Below the pieces are notes generated by a model. The model did no database searches. It was not told the origin of the DNA and saw only the letters and a program-made list of their open reading frames with translations. From NCBI GenBank assembly GCA_963762145.1, contig CAVXJS010000014.1, forward strand, positions 512,001 through 576,000: DNA of 64,000 nucleotides. Reading direction: 5' to 3'. Made by a program: the position numbers and the translations under genes. Below are positions 19,386 to 27,684 of the stretch, piece by piece (position 1 is the first letter of the stretch; each line of letters opens with the position of its first letter). This stretch comes from an uncultured Candidatus Rokubacteria bacterium. Its GTDB lineage: Bacteria; Methylomirabilota; Methylomirabilia; Rokubacteriales; CSP1-6.

Positions 19386-21011
19386 ATGAGCCGCCCGAGC
19401 CATCGCGACGCGTGCCAGGCCTTCCGCTGGGAGGAGAGCGCCCGCGCCATGGGCCTCCCGCCGGGCGCGCCGGTGAATCTCGGCCGGGCGATCGTGGACC
19501 GCCACGCCGCCTCCGGCCGCGTCGCGCTGCGGTGGTTCGGCAAGGGCGGAGAGGCGCGGACCTACACGTTCGACGAGCTCGCGCGGCTGACCGCCCGGTT
19601 CGCGAACGCGCTGCGGGAGCTGGGCGTCGGCCCCGGCGACCGGGTCGCGGGCTTCATGCCGCGCATTCCCGAGATGCTGATCGCCATGATCGGGACGTGG
19701 AAGGTGGGCGCGGTCTACGTGCCGATCTTCACCGGCTTCGGGCCCGACGCGGTCGAGTTCCGGGTGCGCCACAGCGGGGCACGGGTGCTGGTCACGCAGT
19801 GGGAGCAGCGTGGGCGGCTCCCCGCGCCCCTGCCGGACGGGGTCACGGTCGTCACGGTGGCCGGCGGCGCAGCCGGCACCGGAGGCGACGTGGACTTCTG
19901 GCGCGTGATGGACGGGCCGCCCGACGTGGCCCGATCGGTCGACGTCCGTGGAGACGATCCCGCGGTGCTGCTCTACACCTCGGGCTCGACCGGGCCGCCC
20001 AAGGGCGTGAAGATCGCGGCGAACTTCCTCGTGGCGATCCATCCCCACCTCGTCCACGGAGCGGATCTGCTGAGCGACGACGTCTTCTGGCCGACCGGCG
20101 ATCCCGGCTGGGGCTACGGGCTGGTCTGCTACATGGGCGCGCTCGCCCTGGGGGTGCCGGTGCTCTCGCACGAGGCCGCGCCGACGCCCGAGTTCTGCGT
20201 CGCGCGGGTGCGCGAGCTGGGCGTGACCAACCTCGCGACGACGCCGACGCTGCTGCGCGGGGTGATGGCCCTCGGCGCGGTCGCGGCGGGCGGCGGGACG
20301 CTGCGGGTGCGCAGCGCGAGCAGCTGCGGCGAGCCCCTCAACGCGGAGGTGGTCCGCTTCTTCCGGGAGCACTGGGGTGTCACCGTCCGCGACCAGTACG
20401 GCTCGAGCGAGTTCGGCCTGCCGATCGGCAACTTCGCCACCATCGAGATGGCGGTCAAGCCGGGCTCGATGGGGCTGCCGCTGCCGGGCTGCGAGATCGC
20501 GGTGGTCGACGACGCCGGCCGCGAGGTGGGCCCGGACGTGGTCGGCCACGTCGGGATGAAGCCGCACCCGGCGGGCTACTACTCCCTCGGCTACTGGGGC
20601 GACGAGGACCGGGACCGCGCGATGTACCGCGGCGAGTGGATGACCTGCGGGGATCTGGCGCGGCGCGACGGGGAGGGCTACTTCTGGTTCGAGGGCCGCG
20701 CCGACGACGTGATCAAGAGCGCGGGCTACCGCATCGGCCCCTTCGAGGTCGAGAGCGCGATCCTCAAGCACCCGGCGGTGGCCGAGGCCGCGGTGGTGGG
20801 CAAGCCCGACGCGCTGCGGGGCCACATCGTGAAGGCCTACGTCGTCCTCAAGCCGGGCCGCGCGGCGCAGACCGGGCTCGAGGCCGAGATCGTGGACGTG
20901 GTGAAGACGCAGCTGGGCCGGCACCAGTACCCCCGGGAGATCGAGTTCCTCGATCAGCTCCCGAAGACCGAGACCGGCAAGATCCAGCGGTTCCTGCTGC
21001 GGGGGCGATGA
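19386..21011 (+). CDS. Acetyl/medium-chain acyl-CoA synthetase
   Basis: YTSGSTGPPKG, DPGWGYG, YGSSE, GRADDVIKSAGYRIGPFEVE, KTETGKIQR. Confidence 0.93.
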   Translation: MSRPSHRDACQAFRWEESARAMGLPPGAPVNLGRAIVDRHAASGRVALRWFGKGGEARTYTFDELARLTARFANALRELGVGPGDRVAGFMPRIPEMLIAMIGTWKVGAVYVPIFTGFGPDAVEFRVRHSGARVLVTQWEQRGRLPAPLPDGVTVVTVAGGAAGTGGDVDFWRVMDGPPDVARSVDVRGDDPAVLLYTSGSTGPPKGVKIAANFLVAIHPHLVHGADLLSDDVFWPTGDPGWGYGLVCYMGALALGVPVLSHEAAPTPEFCVARVRELGVTNLATTPTLLRGVMALGAVAAGGGTLRVRSASSCGEPLNAEVVRFFREHWGVTVRDQYGSSEFGLPIGNFATIEMAVKPGSMGLPLPGCEIAVVDDAGREVGPDVVGHVGMKPHPAGYYSLGYWGDEDRDRAMYRGEWMTCGDLARRDGEGYFWFEGRADDVIKSAGYRIGPFEVESAILKHPAVAEAAVVGKPDALRGHIVKAYVVLKPGRAAQTGLEAEIVDVVKTQLGRHQYPREIEFLDQLPKTETGKIQRFLLRGR

Positions 21012-21067
21012 CTACTCATGAGGGTGGGCCCGCGCCCGAGCCCAAGCCCAACTCCGAGGAGAATGCG

Positions 21068-21481
21068 ATGCCAGCCTACGAGGTGATCACCGGGCCGAGC
21101 CCCTGGCCGGCCCGCTACACGTTCTCGCCCGCGGTCCGCGCGGGCAACCTGCTCTTCATCTCGGGCATGACCGCGGGGGACGAGAGCGGCAAGATCGTCG
21201 GGCCCGGCGACATCGCGGCCCAGACGCGCTACATCTTCGAGAAGTTCGCCAGGCTCCTGGCCGCGACAGGCGGCGGCTTCGAGCACATCGTGCAGACCAC
21301 CGAGTACGTCACCACCACCGAGAACTACGGCAAGACCGCCGATGTCCGCCGCGAGTTCTTCAAGGGCCGCTTCCCGACCGCGACCGGCGTCATCGTGGCC
21401 GGCCTCCTGCGCGAGGGCGCGCTCATCGAGATCTCGGCCATCGCCGTCCTGCCCGATCCCAAGGGAGAACCTCATGCCTGA
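21068..21481 (+). CDS. RidA/YjgF family protein
   Basis: FSPAVRAGNLLFISG, GDIAAQ, LIEISAIAV. SD GAGGAG before ATG 21068. Visible only as the tail of the 17954 ORF in the track. Confidence 0.88.
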   Translation: MPAYEVITGPSPWPARYTFSPAVRAGNLLFISGMTAGDESGKIVGPGDIAAQTRYIFEKFARLLAATGGGFEHIVQTTEYVTTTENYGKTADVRREFFKGRFPTATGVIVAGLLREGALIEISAIAVLPDPKGEPHA

Positions 21482-22196
21482 TACGCGCCTGATCGACCAG
21501 GCCTTCCAGCGCATCATGCGGAGCCTCGTGGACACCGGCCGGGCGCCCCACCACGCGGAGCTGGCGCGCGCCCTCGGCCTGGCCGCCGAGGAGGGCCGGA
21601 GCCTGCTGCGCGACGTCATGCAGGCGTACCCGATCGGCTGGCTCCATCCCGAGACCGACTACATCGCCTCGTTCCCGCCGCTCAACAACCTGCCCACCCA
21701 GTACCGGATCACGGTGCGCGGTGAGCAGCGCTGGTTCGCGCAGTGCGGGTTCGAGGCCACCTCCGCGACGTGGCTGTTCCCCGGCGAGACCGTCCGGGTG
21801 GACGCGCCGTGCCTCGACTGCGGCGATCCGGTCACGGTGGAGATGCGCGGCGGGCGCATCACCTGGGTGGATCCGCCCGAGGTCGTCGGCCATCTCGCCT
21901 TCGGGTTCGGCCCGTCGCGCGGCCGACCGTACTACCTCTGAACCGGCATGAACCTCTTCCGGTCGGAAGAGCACGCGCGCCGCTGGAGCCAGTTCGAGCC
22001 GCGGTCCGAGCAAGGCTTCATCAGCCTGGCCGAGCTGGCCGGGTTCTTCGGCACCGAGAGCCGCCGGCACATGCTGGACGGCGACTATCTCTCGTCGTGG
22101 TATCCCCGCCGCGCCGCCGAGCGGCGCGCGTACCTCGAGCGGATCGGCAAGACCTCGCCGTTCTGGATGGGAACGCCGGACCCGCCGGCGTCCTGA
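21474..22196 (+). CDS. MerB (organomercurial lyase)-like protein, probable selenoprotein (Sec156 encoded by TGA 21939-21941)
   Basis: The ORFs ending at 21941 and starting at 21948 are in the same frame, separated by TGA ACC GGC. N-terminal HTH-like region, WFAQCGFE (cf. MerB YAWCALD), CLDC, then U-TGMNLFRSEEH (cf. MerB C..VHFFAS). SECIS-like hairpin follows the TGA. Confidence 0.82.
21942..21971 (+). promoter_or_regulatory. Bacterial SECIS-like element
   Basis: Perfect 7-bp stem CTCTTCC/GGAAGAG (21954-21971) with apical loop GGTC starting 19 nt after the UGA. Confidence 0.78.
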
Positions 22197-22230
22197 TGAG
22201 GTAGACTCTGGGGCCGAAAGGAGCCCATCC

Positions 22231-23193
22231 ATGAAAGCGATCCGCGTCTCCGAGTACGGTGGTCCGGCGGTCCTGAAGCTCGAGGAGATTCCCGCGCCCC
22301 AGCCGGGACCCAACCAGGTGCTGGTGCGCAACCACGCCGTCGGCATCAATCCGGTGGACACCTACCTGCGGAGCAACACGGACAACCGCGGACCCAAGCT
22401 GCCCTACACCCCGGGCAGCGACGCGGCGGGCGTCGTCGACGCGGTGGGCTCGGGCGTGACCGCGGTGAAGAAGGGCGACCGCGTCTACGTGGGCGGGACG
22501 GCCACCGGCGCGTACGCCGAGTACGCGGTGTGCGAGCAGACCCAGGTGCACCCGCTCGCCGCCAACGCCACCTTCGCGCAGGGCGCGGCCGTGAACGTGC
22601 CCTACGCGACCGCATACCACGCGCTCTTCAACCGCGCCCACGGCGAGGCGGGCGAGACGGTGCTGGTGCACGGCGCGAGCGGCGGCGTCGGGATCGGCGC
22701 GGTGCAGCTCGCGCGGGCGCGCGGCCTCACCGTCATCGGGACCGCGAGCACCGAGAAGGGGCGGCGCCTGGTCGCCGAGCAGGGCGCGCACCACGTGCTC
22801 GACCACAGCGCGCCGGGCTATCTCGAGGAGTGCGCCAAGCTGACCGGCGGGCGCGGTCCCGACATCATCATGGAGATGCTGGCGAACGTGAATCTCCAGA
22901 AGGATCTGGGCGCCATCGCGCTGCGGGGGCGCATCGTGGTCATCGGCAATCGCGGCAACACCGAGATCAACGCGCGCATCGCCATGAACAAGGACGCGGC
23001 GATCCTCGGCATGGCCCTCAACCACGCCACCCCGGCCCAGCTCGCGGGCATCCACGCCGCGCTCGTGGAGGGGCTCCGCAACGGCTCGCTCCGCCCGGTC
23101 ATCGCCCAGGAGCTGCCGCTCGCGCAGGCCGCGCGCAGCCACGAGGTGGTGATGGAAGCCGGCCACCACGGCAAGGTCGTCCTCGTCCCCTGA
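22231..23193 (+). CDS. qor: NADPH:quinone reductase (zeta-crystallin/Qor)
   Basis: GINPVDTY, LPYTPGSD, PYATAYHAL, VHGASGGVG, GKVVL. Confidence 0.9.
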   Translation: MKAIRVSEYGGPAVLKLEEIPAPQPGPNQVLVRNHAVGINPVDTYLRSNTDNRGPKLPYTPGSDAAGVVDAVGSGVTAVKKGDRVYVGGTATGAYAEYAVCEQTQVHPLAANATFAQGAAVNVPYATAYHALFNRAHGEAGETVLVHGASGGVGIGAVQLARARGLTVIGTASTEKGRRLVAEQGAHHVLDHSAPGYLEECAKLTGGRGPDIIMEMLANVNLQKDLGAIALRGRIVVIGNRGNTEINARIAMNKDAAILGMALNHATPAQLAGIHAALVEGLRNGSLRPVIAQELPLAQAARSHEVVMEAGHHGKVVLVP

Positions 23194-23194
23194 T

Positions 23195-23340
23195 GGGGTC
23201 AGGTCTTACATTCCGACATTTCTGCGCGCGGCGACTCGGTCGGGTCCCGTAACGGGGTCAGGTCTTGAATTACGACATTTCCTCGCGTGCGGCCTTCTGG
23301 CGCCGCGCGGCGGAAATGTCGTAATTCAAGACCTGACCCC
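23195..23340. repeat. Family-A palindromic element, copy 4 (three arms)
   Basis: Forward arms 23195-23221 and 23254-23280; the arm at 23314-23340 is a perfect inverse of the second. Confidence 0.92.
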
Positions 23341-24105
23341 TCAGAACGAGGCGGTGACGGGGCCGAGGGGGGTGAAGGTGGCCGCGATGCGGTCGCCGCG
23401 GGCGATGGGGTACTGGCGGGTGAACGAGCCCGACATCACCTTCATGCCGGCTTCGAGCGCCAGGCCGAGCTCGGCGAGCTTGTTGGCGAGCCACGCGATG
23501 GAAGCCGCGGGCGTGCCCAGCACCTCGGCGCCGGTGGCCCGGTCGGGGGCGCCCCCGTTCACGGACAGCTCCAGCGCCACCGTGGCGAGGTCGAAGCCCG
23601 CGGGCACGGGCACCGCCGCGCCGGTCACGTAGGCGCGCTGCTGGGCGTTGTCGGCCAGGCTCACGTTCAGGTCGGCCGCGAAGTCGCCGCGCTTCTCGAT
23701 GATCTCGAAGGCCGGCGCCATCGCGCTCAGCGCGGCCTGCGCCTGGTCGTCGGTGACGCCGGGCCCGCGCAGGGTGCGGCCCACCGTGAGGCAGAGCTCG
23801 TTCTCGAAGCCGGGATTGATCAGGTCCGCGAACTGAAAGCGCGTGCCGCTCGGCCGCTCGCCGCTGGCGAGCAGGAAGCCCAGTACCGGCTCGTGCACCT
23901 TCTGCTGGATCTGCATCGCCTTCGAGGTGAGGCCGACCTTCCAGCCGGCCTGCCGCTCGCCCGCGGCCACGTGGCGCGCGAGCACGCCGAGCTGCACCCG
24001 ATAGGCCTCCTCGCGGCTCAGCCGGCTCGTCCACTCGGCAGGCGGCGCGGTCCGGCAGCGGGCCGCGGTCCAGAACGCGGCGATGGCTTGCGCGGTGGTG
24101 CTCAC
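23341..24105 (-). CDS. 2-keto-4-pentenoate hydratase / FAH-family protein (MhpD-like)
   Basis: EAYRVQ, GWKVGLTSKAMQ, EPVLGFL, LADNA, WLANKL, MSGSFT. GTG 24105 overlaps the upstream stop. Confidence 0.9.
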   Translation of the reverse strand: MSTTAQAIAAFWTAARCRTAPPAEWTSRLSREEAYRVQLGVLARHVAAGERQAGWKVGLTSKAMQIQQKVHEPVLGFLLASGERPSGTRFQFADLINPGFENELCLTVGRTLRGPGVTDDQAQAALSAMAPAFEIIEKRGDFAADLNVSLADNAQQRAYVTGAAVPVPAGFDLATVALELSVNGGAPDRATGAEVLGTPAASIAWLANKLAELGLALEAGMKVMSGSFTRQYPIARGDRIAATFTPLGPVTASF

Positions 24106-26477
24106 GGCTCTCCCCGGCGGACCTGGCACACGTAGGACCGCAGCGCGACCGTCCCGCTGATCGGATCGGCGGAGTCGGGATCGATCAGGTTGTTGTAGTT
24201 GGCGCTGGCCGCGCCCTCCGCCGGGTAGCCCCCGAGCTGGAGGGGCTCGCACGGCTGCCACCAGCCGAACTGCGCGCAGACCACGTCGGGCGCGAGGCTC
24301 GGATTGAGGCGCGCCCGCGCCCGCATGGTGGCGCGCGGCGTCTCGATCAGCACCCAGTCGTCGCCCGCGATGCCGCGGGCCAGGGCCGCGTCCGGATGCA
24401 GCTCGACCTGCGGGTCGGGGCTGTGCCGCCGCAGGCGCGCCAGGCTCCGGTGCTGGCTGTGGCAGAACTGCACGACCTTGGCGGTGGTGAGCTGCAGCGG
24501 GAACCGGGCGGCGAGGTCGGGGCGGCTGACCGGGCTCGCGGCGGGCTCGACGAACTCGGGCAGCGGCGCCTGGCCGCACTGCTGGAGCTGCGCGGAGAAG
24601 ATCTCCACGCGGCGGCTCGGCGTGGCGAAGCCGACCGGGCCGTTGGCGCCGCGGGCCGCGTAGCGCTTGAAGCGCGGCTCGACGGTGGTGCGCACGCCGC
24701 CTGGGTTGTCGCGGAGCTGCTCGAGAGTGACACCGGTCGGCTCGAGCATGAAGCGGTGGCCCGCGTCCTCGTCGCCCTCCCAGAAGCGCTCGCCCAGGCC
24801 CAGGCGGCGGGCCAGCTCGCAGACGATCCAGATGTCCGAGCGCGCCTCGCCCCTCGGCTCCACCACCGCAGGCCGGAGCTGCACGTGCTGCTCGCCGTCC
24901 TGCGTGGGCCCGAAGCCCACCCGCAGCCCCTCGCGCTCCCACGCGGTGGACACCGGCAGCACCACGTCGGCGAGCGCGGCGGTGGGCGTCAGGAAGAGAT
25001 CGGCGTAGACGAGGAAGTCGAGGCTCGTGAGCGCGGCGCGCGCGGTGGCCGCGCCCGGCGCGGAGAGCAGCAGGTTGGTGCCGAAGCCGACCATCCCGCG
25101 CACCGGGTAGGGCGCGCCGTGGAGCATCGCGCGATAGGTGTCGGCCGAGACGGGCCACCCCTGGCGGGCGGGCCCGAGGGGCCGCCCGGCCAGGCCGAGC
25201 GCCTTCGCGCGCTGCCGCTCCGGAAGCAGCGCGAGCGGGGCCAGGTCGTTGACCGCCGGGCGGCTCGGCCGCACGTTGCCGCCGGGCGCGTCGAAGCACC
25301 CGGTGAGCGCGTAGAGGAGCGAGAGCGCGCGCACGGTCTGGCTCGCGTTGGTGTGCTGCTCGAGCCCCGTCCAGTGGAAGTAGGAGACCGGGCGCCGCTC
25401 CCACAGCAGGCGCGCGGTCTCGACGATCTGGGCCGCCGGGACGCCGGTGATCTGCTCCACGCGCTCGGGCGAGTACTCGCGGCAGAGCGCGGCGTAGGTC
25501 TCGAATGCGGGCACGCACGTGACGGGGCCGGAGCGCGTCATGCACCGCACGGTCCCGTCGAGCTGCGGGTCGCCGATCGGCTCGATGTAGTCGGCGGTGG
25601 CCGGATCGTACGCCACCGGGCGAAGAGCGGCGCGATCCCACGCAACATAGTGTCCGGGGCTGCCCACCGCGGAGAGATCGGCCGCGCTGAGGAGGCGGCC
25701 GTTGTCGGCGCGCACCAGGAACGCTCCGTTCGACCAGTCGCGGATGAAGTCGCGGTCGTACCAGCCCTCCGCGATCATGACCGCGGCCAGCCCCAGCGCG
25801 AGCGCGCCGTCGGTCCCGGGGCGCACGCGCAGCCACTGATCCGCGCGGGCCGCCGCCCCCGCGTGGCGCGGGTCCACCACGATCAGCGCCGCCCCGCGCG
25901 CCGTCATCTCGGAGACGGCGGTGGCCTGGGCCAGATAGGTGGCCGACGGGTTGTGCCCCCAGAGCAGGAGACAGCCGGTGCGATCGAAGTCGGGGGTGCC
26001 GATGTCCACCCCGAACGTGAACGGGGTGACGAAGTCCCGGTGCCAGGCGCACAGCTCCTCGCCCCAGACCAGGTTCGGGCTGCCGAAGGCGCGAATCAGC
26101 CGGAGGATCCAGAGGAAGCCGTCGGAGACCGCGGTTCCCGCCGGGGTCGTGCAGCCGAAGGCCACGCCCTCCGGCCCGTGCCGCCGCGCGACCTCGCGCA
26201 TCTTCGCCGCGGTCCAATCGAGCGCGGCGTCCCAGCTGATGCGCTCCCAGCCCGCGTCCGGGTCCGACTTGGGCCGCGTGCGGCGCATCGGGTAGAGCAG
26301 CCGGTCCTCCGCGTAGACCAGCTCCGGGGCGGCGCGGCCCTTCACGCAGAGGCTGGCGCCGGTGGGGTGCGAGGGATCAGGCTCGACCGCGACGAGCCGC
26401 CCGTCCTCCACCACCGAGACGCAGCCGCACCGGGAGCGGCAGAGCGCGCAGAAGCCCTGGATCCGCCGGGTGGCCAT
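24102..26477 (-). CDS. Mo/W-bisPGD oxidoreductase (acetylene-hydratase-like clade), cytoplasmic
   Basis: CALCRSRC...LCVKG, DRLLYPMRRT, WERISWDAAL, putative Cys ligand in ELCAWH, ADVVLP. ATG 26477 overlaps the SDR stop. Confidence 0.9.
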   Translation of the reverse strand: MATRRIQGFCALCRSRCGCVSVVEDGRLVAVEPDPSHPTGASLCVKGRAAPELVYAEDRLLYPMRRTRPKSDPDAGWERISWDAALDWTAAKMREVARRHGPEGVAFGCTTPAGTAVSDGFLWILRLIRAFGSPNLVWGEELCAWHRDFVTPFTFGVDIGTPDFDRTGCLLLWGHNPSATYLAQATAVSEMTARGAALIVVDPRHAGAAARADQWLRVRPGTDGALALGLAAVMIAEGWYDRDFIRDWSNGAFLVRADNGRLLSAADLSAVGSPGHYVAWDRAALRPVAYDPATADYIEPIGDPQLDGTVRCMTRSGPVTCVPAFETYAALCREYSPERVEQITGVPAAQIVETARLLWERRPVSYFHWTGLEQHTNASQTVRALSLLYALTGCFDAPGGNVRPSRPAVNDLAPLALLPERQRAKALGLAGRPLGPARQGWPVSADTYRAMLHGAPYPVRGMVGFGTNLLLSAPGAATARAALTSLDFLVYADLFLTPTAALADVVLPVSTAWEREGLRVGFGPTQDGEQHVQLRPAVVEPRGEARSDIWIVCELARRLGLGERFWEGDEDAGHRFMLEPTGVTLEQLRDNPGGVRTTVEPRFKRYAARGANGPVGFATPSRRVEIFSAQLQQCGQAPLPEFVEPAASPVSRPDLAARFPLQLTTAKVVQFCHSQHRSLARLRRHSPDPQVELHPDAALARGIAGDDWVLIETPRATMRARARLNPSLAPDVVCAQFGWWQPCEPLQLGGYPAEGAASANYNNLIDPDSADPISGTVALRSYVCQVRRGEP

Positions 26478-27226
26478 CAGACGGCGAGAAAGCCCCCGTC
26501 CACCACCAGCTCGGTCCCGGAGATGTACGAGGCCTCGTCGGAGGCCAGAAACAGGACCGCGTGGGCCACCTCCTCGATCCGGCCCTCGCGCCTCAGGGGG
26601 ACGGCGTCGAGCAGCGGCTTCCGCCAGACCGGGTCGGCCGAGCCCTTGGAGGTCCGCATCGGGGGAAGAAAGCCCGGGTGCACCGAGTTCACCCGGATGC
26701 CGTCCTTCCCGTACTGCACCGCGCCCGACTTGGTCATGATGCGCACCGCGCCCTTGGAGGCGTTGTAGCCCATGTGGATCTTGTCCTGCCCCACGAACCC
26801 GGAGATCGACGAGATGTTCACGATGGACCCGCCGCCGCTCTTCCGCATGACCGGGACCGCGTGCTTCATGCCGAGGAAGACGCCCTTGGCGTTGATGTTC
26901 ATCAGGCGGTCCCACGCGGCGGTGCTCTCGTAGTCGGGATCGTGCGTGCCGCTGATCCCCGCGTTGTTGACGAGGATGTCGAGCCGCCCGTACGCGGCCA
27001 CGGTGGCCTTGATCGCGGCTTCCCAGTCCGCCTCGCTCGCGACGTCGAGTTTCACGAACTGCGCGCGGCCGCCCGCGCCGGTGATGTTCGCCGCGACCTT
27101 CTGCCCGTCGGCGTCCACGTCCGCGACGATGACGCTCGCGCCCTCGCGCGCGAAGATCACCGCCTCGCTCTCGCCCATTCCATGCGCGGCGCCGGTGACG
27201 ATGGCCACTTTGTCCTTGAGTCTCAT
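26477..27226 (-). CDS. Short-chain dehydrogenase/reductase
   Basis: TGAAHGMG, NNAG, YNASK, NSVHPG. Confidence 0.94.
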   Translation of the reverse strand: MRLKDKVAIVTGAAHGMGESEAVIFAREGASVIVADVDADGQKVAANITGAGGRAQFVKLDVASEADWEAAIKATVAAYGRLDILVNNAGISGTHDPDYESTAAWDRLMNINAKGVFLGMKHAVPVMRKSGGGSIVNISSISGFVGQDKIHMGYNASKGAVRIMTKSGAVQYGKDGIRVNSVHPGFLPPMRTSKGSADPVWRKPLLDAVPLRREGRIEEVAHAVLFLASDEASYISGTELVVDGGFLAV

Positions 27227-27261
27227 CGCGGTCTCCTCCTTGAAGTCAGGATGATAGAGGT

Positions 27262-27280
27262 TTATCCACAGCTATTCACA
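27262..27280 (+). promoter_or_regulatory. Tandem DnaA boxes
   Basis: TTATCCACA (perfect, 27262-27270) and CTATTCACA (27272-27280). Confidence 0.7.
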
Positions 27281-27300
27281 AAACTTTCTTTGTCATCGTC

Positions 27301-27330
27301 TTGACACATCACCACCGACTTCACTAGGCT
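27301..27330 (+). promoter_or_regulatory. Sigma70-type promoter, probably leaderless
   Basis: TTGACA-N18-TAGGCT, 8 nt before ATG 27339, with no SD. Confidence 0.65.
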
Positions 27331-27338
27331 CCTCATCC

Positions 27339-27581
27339 ATGCAGGCGAGTCGCAAGCCGCTGGCGAAGGTGGAAGGGCGTCGGAAGCTTCGGCTGAGCGG
27401 CCTCACCATCGCGTGGCGCGGCACGCCGGACCTCGATGACTGGGTTGCGTATCTCGCGACCCGCACGAAGTCGAAGAAGCTGATCCTCGCGGACCAGGTG
27501 TCCGAACGAAAGGTCAACGCGCTGCTGTCGCGGCTGTCCAGCCTCTCGCGGCGACAAGTCGAGAAGCTGGCCAAGGGGTAA
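27339..27581 (+). CDS. Small basic hypothetical protein (80 aa)
   Basis: Clean ORF with its own promoter; Lys/Arg-rich; no recognisable family. Confidence 0.75.
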   Translation: MQASRKPLAKVEGRRKLRLSGLTIAWRGTPDLDDWVAYLATRTKSKKLILADQVSERKVNALLSRLSSLSRRQVEKLAKG

Positions 27582-27606
27582 ATCAGGGCCCAAGGTGGGC
27601 ACGCGA

Positions 27607-27638
27607 CTATCCACAGTTGTGGATAGGTCTGTGCATAG
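27607..27638. promoter_or_regulatory. Cluster of three DnaA-box-like 9-mers
   Basis: CTATCCACA (27607-27615, +), TGTGGATAG (27618-27626, -), TGTGCATAG (27630-27638, -). Confidence 0.65.
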
Positions 27639-27684
27639 CTCCACCCATATCTCCCTAACTACCTGTTTCTGTAGGGTAATTCTT

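Noticed and set aside
11408-23340. Family-A arms with 30-45-nt unique spacers as a CRISPR array
   Set aside because: The arms are mostly inverted and occur as only 2-3 per locus, scattered over 12 kb, with no cas genes or leader.
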